From positions 2,976,001 through 3,040,000 of the forward strand of contig NC_043016.1 in assembly GCF_006345805.1 (NCBI RefSeq): a DNA stretch of 64,000 nucleotides. Direction: 5' to 3'. Of this stretch, positions 26,973-40,092 are shown piece by piece. A program made the position numbers and the translations under genes. The notes beneath the pieces were generated by a model. It was given only the letters and a program-made list of their open reading frames with translations, was not told the origin of the DNA and did no database searches. Origin of the DNA: Octopus sinensis. Lineage: Eukaryota. Positions within the stretch are counted from its first letter, which is position 1. Each line of letters starts with the position of its first letter.

Positions 26973-27513
26973 AAAAGAATATTGATATAAAATATTAAAA
27001 GGTAAAGATGTATTTTATGGTTTTCTGCAAACGTAACTGTATCATTGTGGTTTGCTATAATTCGAATACGTACGTTTCTTATGAATATGTAGTTGATATA
27101 ACACAAGTTATTAAATCAAGGTAGATGTAAAACTCATTGATTTTATAAAACTTATAACTTTAGTGATTTTAGTTTTTATTTATAAAATTTTATCAATTGT
27201 ATTTGGTAGCATTTAAGTTTTCCATTCTTTACATAGTTGTATTGACCGTAACTGTTGCACACAAATATGGATGACACAACACTATAATATGATAATTAAT
27301 TAGCAGTTTGTGACTCGTCGTACTTTTTGTTGGCTTCCATATTTTAACAAAAGCACGCACAGTTGCATGAGGAAACTTACCGCTCTCTCTCTTCCGCACT
27401 GTCTATCTGTCTCTCTCTATTTATTTCCCTTTCTCTCTCTCACCTACTCACACACACTCTCTCACTCACTCACACACACACACACTCTCTCTCCCTCTCT
27501 CCCTCTCTCTCTG

Positions 27514-27544
<31 letters not shown>

Positions 27545-27646
27545 CCGGAGTAAACACATAATGTGAAACAAGGTGGAAAAAAGAGTACTCAAAACCAGTG
27601 GTAGAGTAATATGCTTTATTTAAAGCAGCAGAAAATTCAACAAAAC

Positions 27647-27684
27647 CTGTTACTCTGAGTTTCCCGTTGCCGTTCATCGGACAG
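27647..27684 (-). ncRNA. Hammerhead family B (U4C core)
   Basis: CTGT CCGATGA ACG gcaa CGG GAAAC tcaga GTA ACAG. Confidence 0.55.
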
Positions 27685-27700
27685 TTTTTGCTAGAATAAA

Positions 27701-27738
27701 CTGTCCGATGAACGGCAACGTGAAACTCAGAGTAACAG
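27701..27738 (+). ncRNA. Hammerhead family B (U4C core)
   Basis: CTGT CCGATGA ACG gcaa CGT GAAAC tcaga GTA ACAG. Confidence 0.6.
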
Positions 27739-27789
27739 GCTTTGTTGAATTTTCTGCTGCTTTAAAAAGTATATATAGATATATATATA

Positions 27790-27835
<46 letters not shown>

Positions 27836-27916
27836 CAATTGCAGCGTGAAAGGTGTTTATAAGCCATTTAAGAAACACAAAAAAACCGTTAGATTCACTT
27901 CAACATATAAATTTAA

Positions 27917-27966
27917 TTTGTCAAATATTTTCGTCGCTTTCAGACCGCGACCTCTTCACTGACAAA
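27917..27966 (-). ncRNA. Hammerhead family C (G3/G8 variant)
   Basis: TTTGTCA GTGAAGA G GTCGC ggtctgaaa GCGAC GAAA ATATT TGACAAA. Confidence 0.4.
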
Positions 27967-29262
27967 ACTTCGTGCTGCATCTGAGAAAGTAACAGTTAGT
28001 TCATGATATATATGTACGTATGTATGTGTGTGTGTATGTAGTATGTATGTATGTATGTATGTATGTATGTATGGTATGTATGTATGTATGTATGTATGTA
28101 TTTATATATGTATGTATGTATGTATGTGCGTATGTATGCATGTATGTATGTATTTATGTGCGTATGTATGTATGTGTGTATGTATGTATGTGCGTATGTA
28201 TGTATGCATGTATGTATGTATGTATGTGTGTAAGTATGTATGCATGTATGTATGTATGTATGTATGTGCGTATATATGTATGTGTGTACATGTATGTGCG
28301 CATGCATGTGTGCATGCCTATACGCATGTATGTATGTACTTATGTACTTACATATGTATGTGAGTATTTAGGAGAGTGTGTAGACGTGTCTGTGTGTGTG
28401 TACGTGTGTATGTACATGTGAACGTATGTTTATGTACTGATATGTGTCAGTTCAAGTTGTATACATGACAGTTACCTTGTTGAAAGTTGTATATATACAC
28501 ACATATACGCTCATCCATCTCTACATACATATATACATATACATAGACACGCACATACATACATTTCTATATATATATATATCGTGTCTCGCCTTTACCT
28601 TCGAAACACGGAGTAGACGAAACAGAGGCAACTGAAGAAGGGGAATTTTCCTTGTGTTGTATGTCTTGTACTCTGATTTTTCGTTGTATAGAAAAATGTC
28701 CGTTTCCTTGGTTTTGTTTTATGTCTTCGTTTCTCATTGTGTTCGACGTTTCTTTTTGGTGTCCTGTACCCATATATGTGTGTATATATACATATAGATG
28801 TAGGTACGTACATATATGTATGTTATATGCATATGTTTTACTTTGTTATTATATATATACAATATATATATATATATATATAAGAATATATATATATATA
28901 TACATATATATAATACATATATATGACACTCTTTTCAAGGAAACGGTTAAAATTCAACTTGCTTTATTTTATTGTTTATCCTTTTTTTATTTAATATTTT
29001 TTTACATGCATACCTATATAAGACATATATATATTTACACATACTCATATGTGCATGCATGTACATACTTATACACTAACATACACAACACACAACGCAT
29101 ACACACACGTATACACACATATACATCTACACATACGTATATACATATCAATCAATGTACACTCGTACGGTTATATATAGCTGCATATATGTATTTTAGT
29201 ACCATGCATTTCAACATGTATGCATGGATTACTACATGTAAATGAGAGAGAGAGAGGGGTGG

Positions 29263-30360
29263 TTATAGAATGGTACTCCCGGGTGGAATCTGGATGTTAC
29301 CCCATTCGGATTTTCGGTTGAGAGTGGGTTTGTATTCTTGTATACAGACAGCTTCCGTGACCTGTCTCAGCATTGCATCAGTGGGATGTGTGGATAAGAT
29401 GTTTAGCTCAAGTCTCCCTAAGGAGCCCTTGTGGCAGTCTACAGCATGCTGATAGAAGATGGAGTTTGGTTTCTTTTCGATGTAGTTGTCCAGGTGTTCT
29501 TTGACCCTATCATTGATACTCCTAGAAGTCTCACCTATGTATGACTCTGGGTTAGTCGCGCAAGCTCCTTCTTGGCACTTAATTTGGTATACAGTGCTCT
29601 TGGTTTTGCAGTTCACATGTGGCTTTGTAGAACATACTGCACAATTATTTTGACATGTGAATCTATCAAATGGATATGATCTACATAATATAGATTTGAT
29701 AGTCCTACCTGTCTTTTCTACAACCTTGATCTTAAGGCCAGTTGTGTGCAGGATTTTCTTGAATGCCTTACATAATTCGTTCTTAGGTGTGGCGTCAACA
29801 AACATTACACAGTGAATTTTCTTGTTATCATACCAAGTATTGGTTTTATTTCTCTTGTTGGTGTCTCTCTCTAACCTATTCCAGAACTTGTTGCGGTACA
29901 GGGGGGCATATACCGTTTTCGTCATCTCTTAGAATGCGTTCGAATCTTGTTTTCGCTCCTTTGTACACTCTGATTCTGTAATATTGTGTGTATCCGGAGC
30001 GTTGCATTCGGAATATGAACTGGATGTGTTGTTGTCGTTCTTGTGGTTGGCATAGTGGAGATACATTCCTCATTACTCTACTAAGTCTGCCACCATGATT
30101 TGAGCTTGGTGTACTCGACATCGCTGAGTCACTACGGATTACCAGTGGATTAGCCATAGGTTTACAATAGTGTGAATGGAGTATACAGGGTTTAACATTC
30201 CGTTAACCATAGTATTTCCATCCACAGCTCAGTATCTAGGACAGGTAATCTATTACTGGGGTGTTTAGAGGGGTAGTCCACGGTAACTTTTATACTGCTA
30301 TGAATAGAGTCAGCTATGTGTTGTATAGCTGTCATCACCTGTTCTTCATTTAGTAGAGAG
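29263..30360 (-). pseudogene. PLE RT C-terminus plus GIY-YIG endonuclease
   Basis: IHSSIKVTVDYPSKHPSNRLPVLDTELW, KPMANPLVI, VMFVDATPKNEL, VYQIKC...YIGETSRSINDRVKEH, LRQVTEAVCIQEYKPTLNRKSEWG; several 1-nt frameshifts. Confidence 0.9.
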
Positions 30361-30509
30361 TTATATATAACCGTACGAGTGTACATTGTTTGATACGTAT
30401 GTACGTATATGTAGATGTATATGTGTGTATACGAGTGTGTATGTGTTGTGTGTTGTGTATGTTAGTGTATAAGTATGTACATGCATGCACATATGAGTAT
30501 GTGTGAATA

Positions 30510-30560
<51 letters not shown>

Positions 30561-30685
30561 GATGTGCATTAAAAAAAGAATAAATAGAATAAAATAAAGC
30601 AAGTTTGAATTTTAACCGTTGTCCTTGAAAAGAGTGTCATATATATGTATATGTATGTATATAGTATATATATGTATATATGTAT

Positions 30686-30737
<52 letters not shown>

Positions 30738-31566
30738 GCAGTGTGGAAGGTGTTTTATAATCCATATATATATATGTGTATGTATGCATATATGTATGTA
30801 TGTATGCATGTGTATATGTATATGTATATATGTATGTAGAGATGGATGAACGTATGTGTGTGTATACTTTAAGATTATACGTATATTTGTATGTGTAAGT
30901 ATCTATATGATTGTATCTACTTGTATATATGTATAAGTAAGGTTATATGTGCATATATGTATCTAAGACGTTGTATCCATTCACCGGTAGACGGTGGTGA
31001 GAGGGACAAACGCACACACACACACATATATAAATGTGAGTGTGTCTATATAAATATATAAGTGTGTATATATACAACCTTCAACAAGGTAACAGAATGT
31101 ATACAACTTGAACTGACACATATCATTACATAAACATACGTTCACACGTACATACACATGTACACACACACAGACACGTCTACACACTCTCCTAAATACT
31201 CACATACATACGTAAGTACATAAGTACATACATACATGCGTGTAGCCATGCACACATGCATGCGCACATACATGTACACACATACATAAGCACATACATA
31301 CATACATACGCACATACATACATACATACATACGTAAGTACGTAAGTACATACATACATACATACAAACATACATACATACATACATGTATGCATACATA
31401 CATACATACCATGCATACATACATACAAACACACACACATACATACATACATACATACATACATACATACATACATACATACATACATACATACACTACA
31501 CACACATACATACGTACATATATATATCATGAACTAACTGTTACTTTCTCAGATGCAGCACGAAGT

Positions 31567-31617
31567 TTTGTCAGTGAAGAGGTCGCGGTCTGAAAGCGAC
31601 GAAAATATTTTGACAAA
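31567..31617 (+). ncRNA. Hammerhead family C (G3/G8 variant)
   Basis: TTTGTCA GTGAAGA G GTCGC ggtctgaaa GCGAC GAAA ATATTT TGACAAA. Confidence 0.4.
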
Positions 31618-31794
31618 TTAAATTTAAATGTTGAAGTGAATCTAACGATTTTGTGTGTTTCTTAAATGGCTTATAAACACCTTCCACGCTGCAATTGTTT
31701 TCGTTCCGCACACGGTCTCAGATCAGTCCTCGCTATGCAAGAACATCTCTCTCTATCTCTCTCTCTCTTATATGTATATATATAGTATATATAT

Positions 31795-31838
<44 letters not shown>

Positions 31839-32379
31839 GAGATAAATAAAATATATGCATAATACACATATATGTACGTACCTACATCTACATGTATATA
31901 AATGCATATATAAATAATTATACCGGAGTACAGGACAACACTAAGACGTAGAAACGAAAAACCAAAACAAGAAACGGAAAACGAAAAAAACAAAACGAAA
32001 AACAAAAAACTGACGAGCTACACAAGGACCAAAACCCCCGTCATCAGCTGTCGCTAGAGGAGTCAGCATGTTTCGAAGGCATAACAGACACTAATCCAAT
32101 AGGCCTTCCTGCGAGAGAATTAAAATAAATTCCAAGCAGCGGGCAAAATGAGTACGAACACAAACAAGACGTAACAATAAGACTGCAAAATTAAATACAT
32201 GTACAAAAACAAACACACAAGAGGACGAACGAAAAAGCCTTTTTTCTGGCATAGACAAACAATAAAACTGCAAAAAATAAAAATACATGTACAAAAAATA
32301 CAATTAGTTACAAAACGAGATACATGTACAAAAACAAACACACAAGAGGACGAACGAATGTATATATATATATATATAA

Positions 32380-34735
32380 AACCTGTTACTCTGAGTTTCA
32401 CGTTCCCGTTCATCGGACAGTTTTGTTAAAATAGAACCGATATGACAATTCGATCAAGACTAGTATAAACGTTACACCTTTAAAAATGGATTTGTTTTAT
32501 TGGTCTTTTCGAATAACGGTCATATGCGAGCGATAAAGAAAAATTAAACAAAACAAATACATGAGTTCAATATAAAATATAAAATTATAAAAATCGAGGA
32601 AAAACCTTAAATCGAAGCTTTGGTTCAAATACATATTGTCATTAATGATACAGAAAATATAATTCGATTAATATAAATAATACATAAAAATTGAAATTAT
32701 AATATATTAAAATATATTAAAATATTTCACAACAGTACATACTCATACTAAACCATTAACATACATGTATAAATCAAAATACACAGATAGATGTGCGCAG
32801 ACCACATACATATACAAACATATAAATGCAAAACGAAAATATACACACAGCTGCATGTATACATATGTATACGCAATCTTGCTCGCATGCAAAAATCACT
32901 TGTTGTATACATATAGACTAGGAGTAAAATTCATTGAGGTGGGGCAGGGGAACGATCTTGTAAGCAACAGAAAGCTAAAGACGTGAGTAAGGGAGGGGGC
33001 GTAAAGTTACAGGACTCTATACAAGTAACGAATAGGAAGAGAAAAAATAATGAAAGAAAGGAAGAAAGAAAAAAAGGAAAAAAGAAAAATAATAAAATTC
33101 TGACTATACGCGTCGAATGTTTGTATACAGATTATGTAAGCAGTAAATACACATATACGAACACATATATAGAGACAAGTACGCAAACACACAAGTCCAA
33201 GTGGATACATGCATACACATACATTCATGTATGTATGTGCATAAGTACAAACATACGCATATACATAGACGCATGCTTACAAATACATATGTATGCCAAT
33301 ACACATATTCACATAAAAATGCCAAGGATCTGACAACATTATTTTTTAAAAATTGCTGACTGCATAATAATAAAACAAATTAAGTACTGGGCTTACAAAG
33401 AATAAGTCCCAGGGTCGAGTTGCTCGACTAAAGGCGGTGCTCCAGCATGGCCGCAGTCAGCTGACTGAAACAAATAAAAGAGTAAAAGAGAAAAGAGAAA
33501 GAGTATAACACCCTATACTGGATTATGAATTAAATTACCAAAGTGAGCCTATACAATATAATAAAATGAAATAAACTAAGTCGAAGGTTTTTCTCAAGGA
33601 ATATGTCGAAATATAAACAAAAATGTACAGTACTTTGCTATGCGGAATGAAACTTGCATAGTGCGAAACAAATCCATCGGTGTGATTAAAAACTAGTCCA
33701 AGAATAAAAAAATCAAAAAGACAAAATATACGCTATCCATATGGGATATTTATGTTCGACATTTTGAATTTGGTTGCGTACCTGCATGAGTTCGAAAGTT
33801 CGCTTCTTTGATTCAAAAATTATTGCCTTTGAATAAAATGAAATATTTCTCTAACAAACAGAGATCGCTTTAAAAATTTTTCCTGTGTGCCCCGTGCCTG
33901 TATGGTGCCGCTCTATCTAGAATGCTCCATGACACGTTGAAAGGTCGGGCTTCTTTTTCTTTTAGTTTCCAGACATATTTCGCCAGGCTGGTCTTCGTCT
34001 TATTTTCTTGGTATCGAAAGGAATTTTTGTGCGAATAAAATCGTGTTTTAAAAGAATTTTCCGAAGCCCCTGTATAAGTCTTATATTCAGATGAGCCTTC
34101 TATTTGTACCTTGGCTCTATAAACGACTCTTTTTACCAAATATTTTCCTTCCAACAAACAGGAGGATTCATCTTTACAATTACATTTTTTAAGAGGATCG
34201 GCACCATGCTTAATATCAATTACATTCTTGTTGTGCTGGCTAACGTAAGAGGCGAAACTCCTGCAACAAGAATAGCTAATCCTAAGGGTTCTTCTATTAA
34301 ATATACCATAACATTTATGATCCTGTTTAAAATGCCTAGAGACTAATTTCAAGAATTCCCTACCTATGTTTGTTTTTACGGCCAAATTGAAAGCTGGGTT
34401 GAACCACAAAACTTTCCTGGTCCTAGTTCTACGCGTAGCATTACTACTAGCATTACGTTGGTTATACTGGATCTTCTCAGAGAATCCACTATTCCTTAAT
34501 GCGCTATCGTAATAAGGTGCAGCATTACGGAATGCTGCCTCATCCGAAGAAATTGACGATATTCGTCTACCTACATTGCTGACTAAGTTCCTAAGAATAA
34601 CTGGCAGAGGATTTGATTCTTTGCTAATATACGATAGCTTGTCATTAGGCTTACGGTAAGGTTTAAATCTATCCGACCGTAACTTCAAATTTACATCTAA
34701 AAAATCCACACTTTTCAGGTTAGCATAAATCGCTA
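32380..34735 (-). mobile_element. 5'-truncated PLE (RT C-terminus plus GIY-YIG at about 33733-34735, tail with hammerhead), same family as 42.5-46.4 kb
   Basis: VDFLDVNL, YRKPND, VLWFNPAF, CNCKDESSC, YTGASENSFKTRFYSH; SINE2 3' fragment inserted at about 33381-33500. Confidence 0.9.
32383..32420 (-). ncRNA. Hammerhead family B
   Basis: CTGT CCGATGA ACG ggaa CGT GAAAC tcaga GTA ACAG. Confidence 0.6.
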
Positions 34736-35504
34736 TTGGCAGAATTGTTGTTTTGTACAGATAAATCTTCAGCTCTATACTCATGTTATTTCTATACCAA
34801 AGTGTTATCAGTCTTCTAAATACTGCTGCTGCCTTGCCAATTCTGCAGCTTACATCTGTCTCTGCATCGCCCTTGCTTGTCACTATGCTTCCCAGATATG
34901 TGAAACTTGTAACTACTTCAACTGGTTCTTGTCCGAATTTCACTGGCTCAGTTTCTAAGACTATTGCCAACGCCAGGAAAAGTGCTGTGCTCAGTGTTGC
35001 TCTTCCGGCTGAAGTTTGCGCCAGATGTAAAGCTGAGAGAACAACAGGCCGGATGTCAAGCCAACAGATGGTGCTACGAGCGAATATTCACACTGCCTAA
35101 CACCGTAGAACAATGCAGGGAACACCTAAGCCCACTGACAATAAACTTCATTGACTTCAAAAAGGTGTTTGACTGTGCATAGAGAAACACTCTGGAAGAT
35201 TGCAAGAGTATATGGAATACCAGACGATTACATCAATTGCTTAAAACAACTCAAGCTATTGCATTTGAACAGAGTATGAATTCACTGGTTTTCTTAAGAT
35301 CATCACTGGGGCCGTTTCTTGCCACCAATGTTATTTCTGATGGCCATCGATTTTGCTATGCAAAGAACAATGGTGGGACCAGCTTTAGGTATACAATGGA
35401 CGGCGAAGGAATGGCTAACAGACTTGGATTTTGCCGATGACATTGACCTATTGGTTGAGAATCAGCCAGCATTACACGAAATGACAACAAAAATGGAAAG
35501 CAGG
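34736..35504. mobile_element. RTE-clade LINE RT fragment with internal inversion
   Basis: Plus strand: PGKVLC...LREQQAG...INFIDFKKVFD...LDFADDIDLL. Minus strand 34736-34970: VEVVTSFTYLGSIV...RIGKAAAVF. Confidence 0.9.
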
Positions 35505-35976
35505 CACATATATATATCCATACATATGTATTTATGTATATATGTATGTGTCTACGTAAGTACGCATGTATGTATGTATATATGCTTGTGTATACATGAA
35601 TGCATATATGTGCGTGGGTGTGCACGCGTATGCATATATGTAAATATAAGTAATACTTTCAAATTTACATTAATACCTTGTAATATACCGCTTAAAGCCT
35701 GCTCACTGTATTTGGTTACCTCATGTCATGAACAGTGTGGGGCTAAATAGCACTGGATTTAATTCAGGAATTACTTCATGTCCGTAGACTTTATAAAACA
35801 GGAATTCACGAGACTGTTTATTATTCGATACGTTCATTTCGACTCCCGTTGCATCGGTGCCTCGTGGATATGATGCTTTACCAAATAGGTGTGGTGCATC
35901 ATTTGGGCAGATATGTCAGGGTCCCTCATTTTATAATCTCTTTTTCGCATATGTGGTCAGAATATGTTTTGGTAGT

Positions 35977-36040
35977 TGCAGTTCGCTACTTGTCTACACG
36001 AGGAACTGTAGCTTCTCGTGTAGTCAAGTAGAGAAGTGTA
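35977..36040 (+). ncRNA. Candidate pre-miRNA hairpin
   Basis: 25 of 28 stem positions paired, only 1x1 mismatches, 8-nt loop ACTGTAGC. Confidence 0.55.
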
Positions 36041-36479
36041 TATTTCTATGCAACCTTGGCAGGCTCGTATCACGTACAAATATGTGAAATGCTATAGACT
36101 AGCGCTCATTGAATGAAGTTGAGGAATAGCACTTATGGAAAAATTCGAATTATATTATATTTGTGTTGAATATCTTATTTAATGAGTAAATACTGACTTG
36201 CGGAAGAACTTATTCTGATTCGAGGCTTCAACACATTGTTTTTATACCTAATAGGCATGAAGGTATTAAAGTTGAAATTTTTCTTATATCTAAGCTGCTT
36301 ACAACATATGTGCCAGACAAACACGCCTAAATTTAATAAATATTCGCCATAATTAATCGTTGAATCATTATGTAATTATTGTTTGAACATTTCAGCCAAT
36401 CATCATCATCGTCGTCCTCTTTGTTTTTGTTGTTTTTATCATTATTATTAATGCATTAATCTAGTGATCTGGTTAAAAC

Positions 36480-36681
36480 CTTAGCATGCCAGACAAAATG
36501 CTTCTGGCTTTACGTTTCGAGTTCAAACTTTACCTAGGTCCACTTTACTCTTTCTGTTTCCGTTGCCGATGAAATAAGTACCAGTCAGAAACTGGGGGAT
36601 TTAATTTATTTAAACACTCCCATTGAAATTGCTGGTCTTGTGCTAAAATTTGAAACATTATTATTATCCCCATCATCATCC

Positions 36682-36745
<64 letters not shown>

Positions 36746-36935
36746 TATCATTCTACTTGTTGTTGCATCATTAATGCAGTGACTTGGCAGAAACGAATAA
36801 GATGCTTAGCGGCATTTCTTCTGGTTTTACGTTTTGAATTCAAATTCCACCGCGCTCGACTTTACTTTTTAACTTTCCGGGGTCGATAAAATAAGTACCA
36901 GTCGAGTAGTATGCTCGATATAGTCGACTATCCTT
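36480..36935 (+). mobile_element. Two degenerate SINE family 1 copies around a (CAT)n microsatellite
   Basis: GAGTTCAAAC and TGAATTCAAATTCC B-box-like motifs; GGTCGATAAAATAAGTACCAG. Confidence 0.7.
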
Positions 36936-36959
36936 CATAGAAGCTGACAAATATAGATC

Positions 36960-37800
36960 AGAGTTACACATAACAAAAATGGAAAACACTAGCGAAGCTG
37001 ACTAAATTCCAAGAAAAGGCTGCCAAAAAGAATTGGATAAAAAGAAATACAGAAACTTAAAGTTTTGGAAGACAGCTAACAGTAAATACCTCACCATATA
37101 TTTCTTTACTACCTACAAGGGGCTATACACAGAGGGGACAAACAAGGACAGACAAAGGGATTAAGTCGGTTACATCGACTCCAGTACGTAACTGGTACTT
37201 ATTTAATTGACCCCGAAAGGATGAAAGGCAAAGTCGACCTCGGCGGAATTTGAACTCAGAACATAACGGCAGACGATATACGGCTATGCATTTCGCCCGG
37301 CGTGCTATCGATTCTGCCAGCTCACCGCCTCGTAAAAACCTCACCATAGTCAAGAAACGGAAGTAGACCAATCAAAAACTCCTCAGTGACCCTGGAATTT
37401 AGAATTGAAGGCAGGAACGGAGGAATTCTTTCTTATTGCCCAGGATCAGAGAATATGCGCAAAGACATAAATAAATAACAAGCCAAGTCCCTCAAGAAAG
37501 AGCAGGCTCCAAGTGCAAAGTCTTTGATGCTTATGGCGAAACAACTGACCGTTTGATATGCGGATGCGTCGTTTTGGCTCCAACAAAATGCAACGCTTGG
37601 CACAACAAAGTTGGTCATTTTAATCACTGTAAAGCCTTCTTTAGAACATAACATACTAATAGCATAATTCATGACAACCACCCAGATGATATTGTTAAAG
37701 GCACTAAAAATAAGACTGATTTACTCAGATGTAAATATACTATTGAGCAAAAAAATGTAACTGCCAACTCGCTAATCATAAAAGCATAGAAACTGAAATA
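36960..37800 (+). pseudogene. Degenerate R4/Dong LINE 3' region interrupted by a SINE
   Basis: SKCKVFDAYGETTDRLICGCVVLAPTKCNAWHNKVGHF (decayed RLE zinc finger). Confidence 0.6.
37099..37331 (-). mobile_element. Full-length SINE family 1 with 17-bp TSD
   Basis: GTAAATACCTCACCATA (37082-37098) and GTAAAAACCTCACCATA (37332-37348). Confidence 0.92.
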
Positions 37801-37859
37801 AGTAAGATGTGCCAAATGATGACAGGACCAGTGTTAGATGTGACAGGATGACTAGGGGT

Positions 37860-38640
37860 AATAAAGCAAACAATGATATCACTGAAGAATCCTGGAGAAT
37901 CTAGCTTACAAATCTAGAAAATACCACTAACCAATACAGATCACGCTATATAAGTTCTTCTATTTGTAATATATTCTGGAAACGTTTTTCTTCTACTCTC
38001 TGTTAAAATTTGTGCCAAGAATGAAAAGCCTACGGGACCGGAACTCGTGTTAAATAATAAAATGGCAATACAATGCCTGCTGTAGGTTGCTGGTCGACGT
38101 TCAGATAAGGCTACAGTGGGTATCGAACAGAAAGAAGACGAACATTAACAATAGCAACAACTCCAAAAATAACAAATCAGATGACAATAACAATAGTATC
38201 ATTCAATAAGACGCCGTTGAACCTTCGGAATATGGAAGCAAATCGTACTGTAGGTGAAACAGCAAAAGTAAACCATGACATGTTATATATAGAAACTGAT
38301 GCTATCGCCAACCAACGGCCTCGGAAATTTAATCAACACTGCAGGTTTTCTGGTTGGTAAGCTAACAGGCATTAAGCAAATAGAAAATGAGAAATGCAAG
38401 GAATTCTGGTGGAAGAGAAGAATGGAAGGTGATATTACTCAGCTCAGAAGAGACGCACCGAATTCTGAAAAATTCACACAGTTGTAGCAAAATTTACGAA
38501 GGATGGAAAAGGGCTTAAGAAAGATGTGAATTGAAGTTGAGGATGAGTTATCTGATGAAACAAAACAGAAATGTCAAAGAATAACACAGAAAAACAATAA
38601 AAGCAAGTTAAATTCAAAACCAAATCTACTGGGCAGGATG
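37860..38640 (+). pseudogene. Degenerate R4-like LINE N-terminal region
   Basis: KEFWWKRRMEGDITQLRRD resembles the R4/Dong N-terminal motif (recalled, not searched). Confidence 0.5.
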
Positions 38641-38849
38641 AGATCCAAGGATCCTTATGAATTTTTTTTTAAAATGCTCATTCAAGGCTACAGCAGCACT
38701 TCAATGATTCTGTAGTACGAGAGGGATTCCAGAGATAGATAATTAAAGAAAGGCAACTTTGATAAATAAATGTAAAAATAAGGCCTATTGCTTGCTTGAA
38801 TTTGGTTTGGTAGCTGTTGACAGGCACAACTTGCTGCAAAAATATATGG

Positions 38850-39105
38850 TCACTTACATCTAACATCCTTGATTTCTGTAGTATTTGATATTACTACATT
38901 AATATCGTCCACATACGCTAACACTACTCTTGCAAGTCCTAGCTGGAGTGGAACAGCCATCAATAATCTAAATTTTCTTACTAGTGGGTCGAAAGTCTGT
39001 ACATACAGAAGAGAAGAATGAAACATCTTGAAAAACTGATCCCGGCCAGTGTCCACTTTGTGACCCCTGAATTTACTCCACTTTACATAGAAGGGATTCA
39101 AGCCC
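38850..39105 (-). pseudogene. Tx1/L1 RT fragment
   Basis: LLYVQTFDPLVRKF...LAYVDDINVVIS. Confidence 0.7.
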
Positions 39106-40008
39106 TTGGGACGGACTGAAACCAGATGCCTTGAACATTAGCAACAAGTAGAAATGGGAAGCACGTATCGAAATTTTTCATTTGATCCAAACTAATCAGA
39201 GCCCCCCCCCCCAGTTAGATCTACAACCTACCAATTCTACTATACACGACATGCCGTGGATAAATCGGTTTGGATTGTCCAATCGGACAAGCATTTAAAA
39301 TTGAGTAGCATTCTGCTCATCTTGCTCATCCTGCTCATCCATCAAAGACCGAAATGGGACTTTGATATTACGCTGCGCCTCAGCCATCCATGCTCATCAA
39401 ATGGAAGTGCTGGCTCTAATACCGACCCCAAGAGACCCACGTTTTTTAATATTTTATTCTGCTATTTGCCATGATGATCAGAAAACAGGTGAGGGGAAGG
39501 TCAGTACATGATTGTTATACCAAATAAGCATACAGTTGTTCAAGATAAACTATTCAATGTGTTGCTACAAAATACATACGTATTTGTATATATGTTTGTG
39601 TGTGAGTCTTATCAGGGTCTGCCGAAACAAGTAGACAAAAAAAAAAGAGTTGAAAATAAAAGAGTAATAAAAATATACGTAGACATTTCTATTTATGTGT
39701 TGCCCTATGTAAGACTAATATTTGTACGAATCAATATATATATTTTATTACTACTTAGCATATTAAACATCATTCAAAGCATAATTTTCATATATGTCCC
39801 TTGAACAGATCAGAGTAGAAGTTATTTTCAAAAGTTTCATTCACTAAACTATAGTCTATAAAATTTATATATATACACCCATTCACAAATATATGGTGCG
39901 TGTATGTGTGTTTATATATATATATATATATATATACATATATATATGTGTGTGTATGTATATATATATATTATATATATATATATATAATATACATATA
40001 TATATATA

Positions 40009-40053
<45 letters not shown>

Positions 40054-40061
40054 TATATATA

Positions 40062-40092
<31 letters not shown>

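Larger units (their letters stand above)
27836..31700 (-). mobile_element. 5'-truncated PLE (different lineage from the 33 and 43 kb copies) with inverted tail copy
   Basis: 28920-29185 is inverted at 30361-30640, and 27836-28560 is inverted at about 30830-31700. Confidence 0.8.

Noticed and set aside
29263-30360. Selenocysteine-encoding (Naiad-type) PLE
   Set aside because: No in-frame TGA in the preserved part and no SECIS recognised; the 5' part is missing, so the family remains untested
39256-39474. Short ORF with a 3x CTGCTCATC repeat
   Set aside because: No homology or splice support
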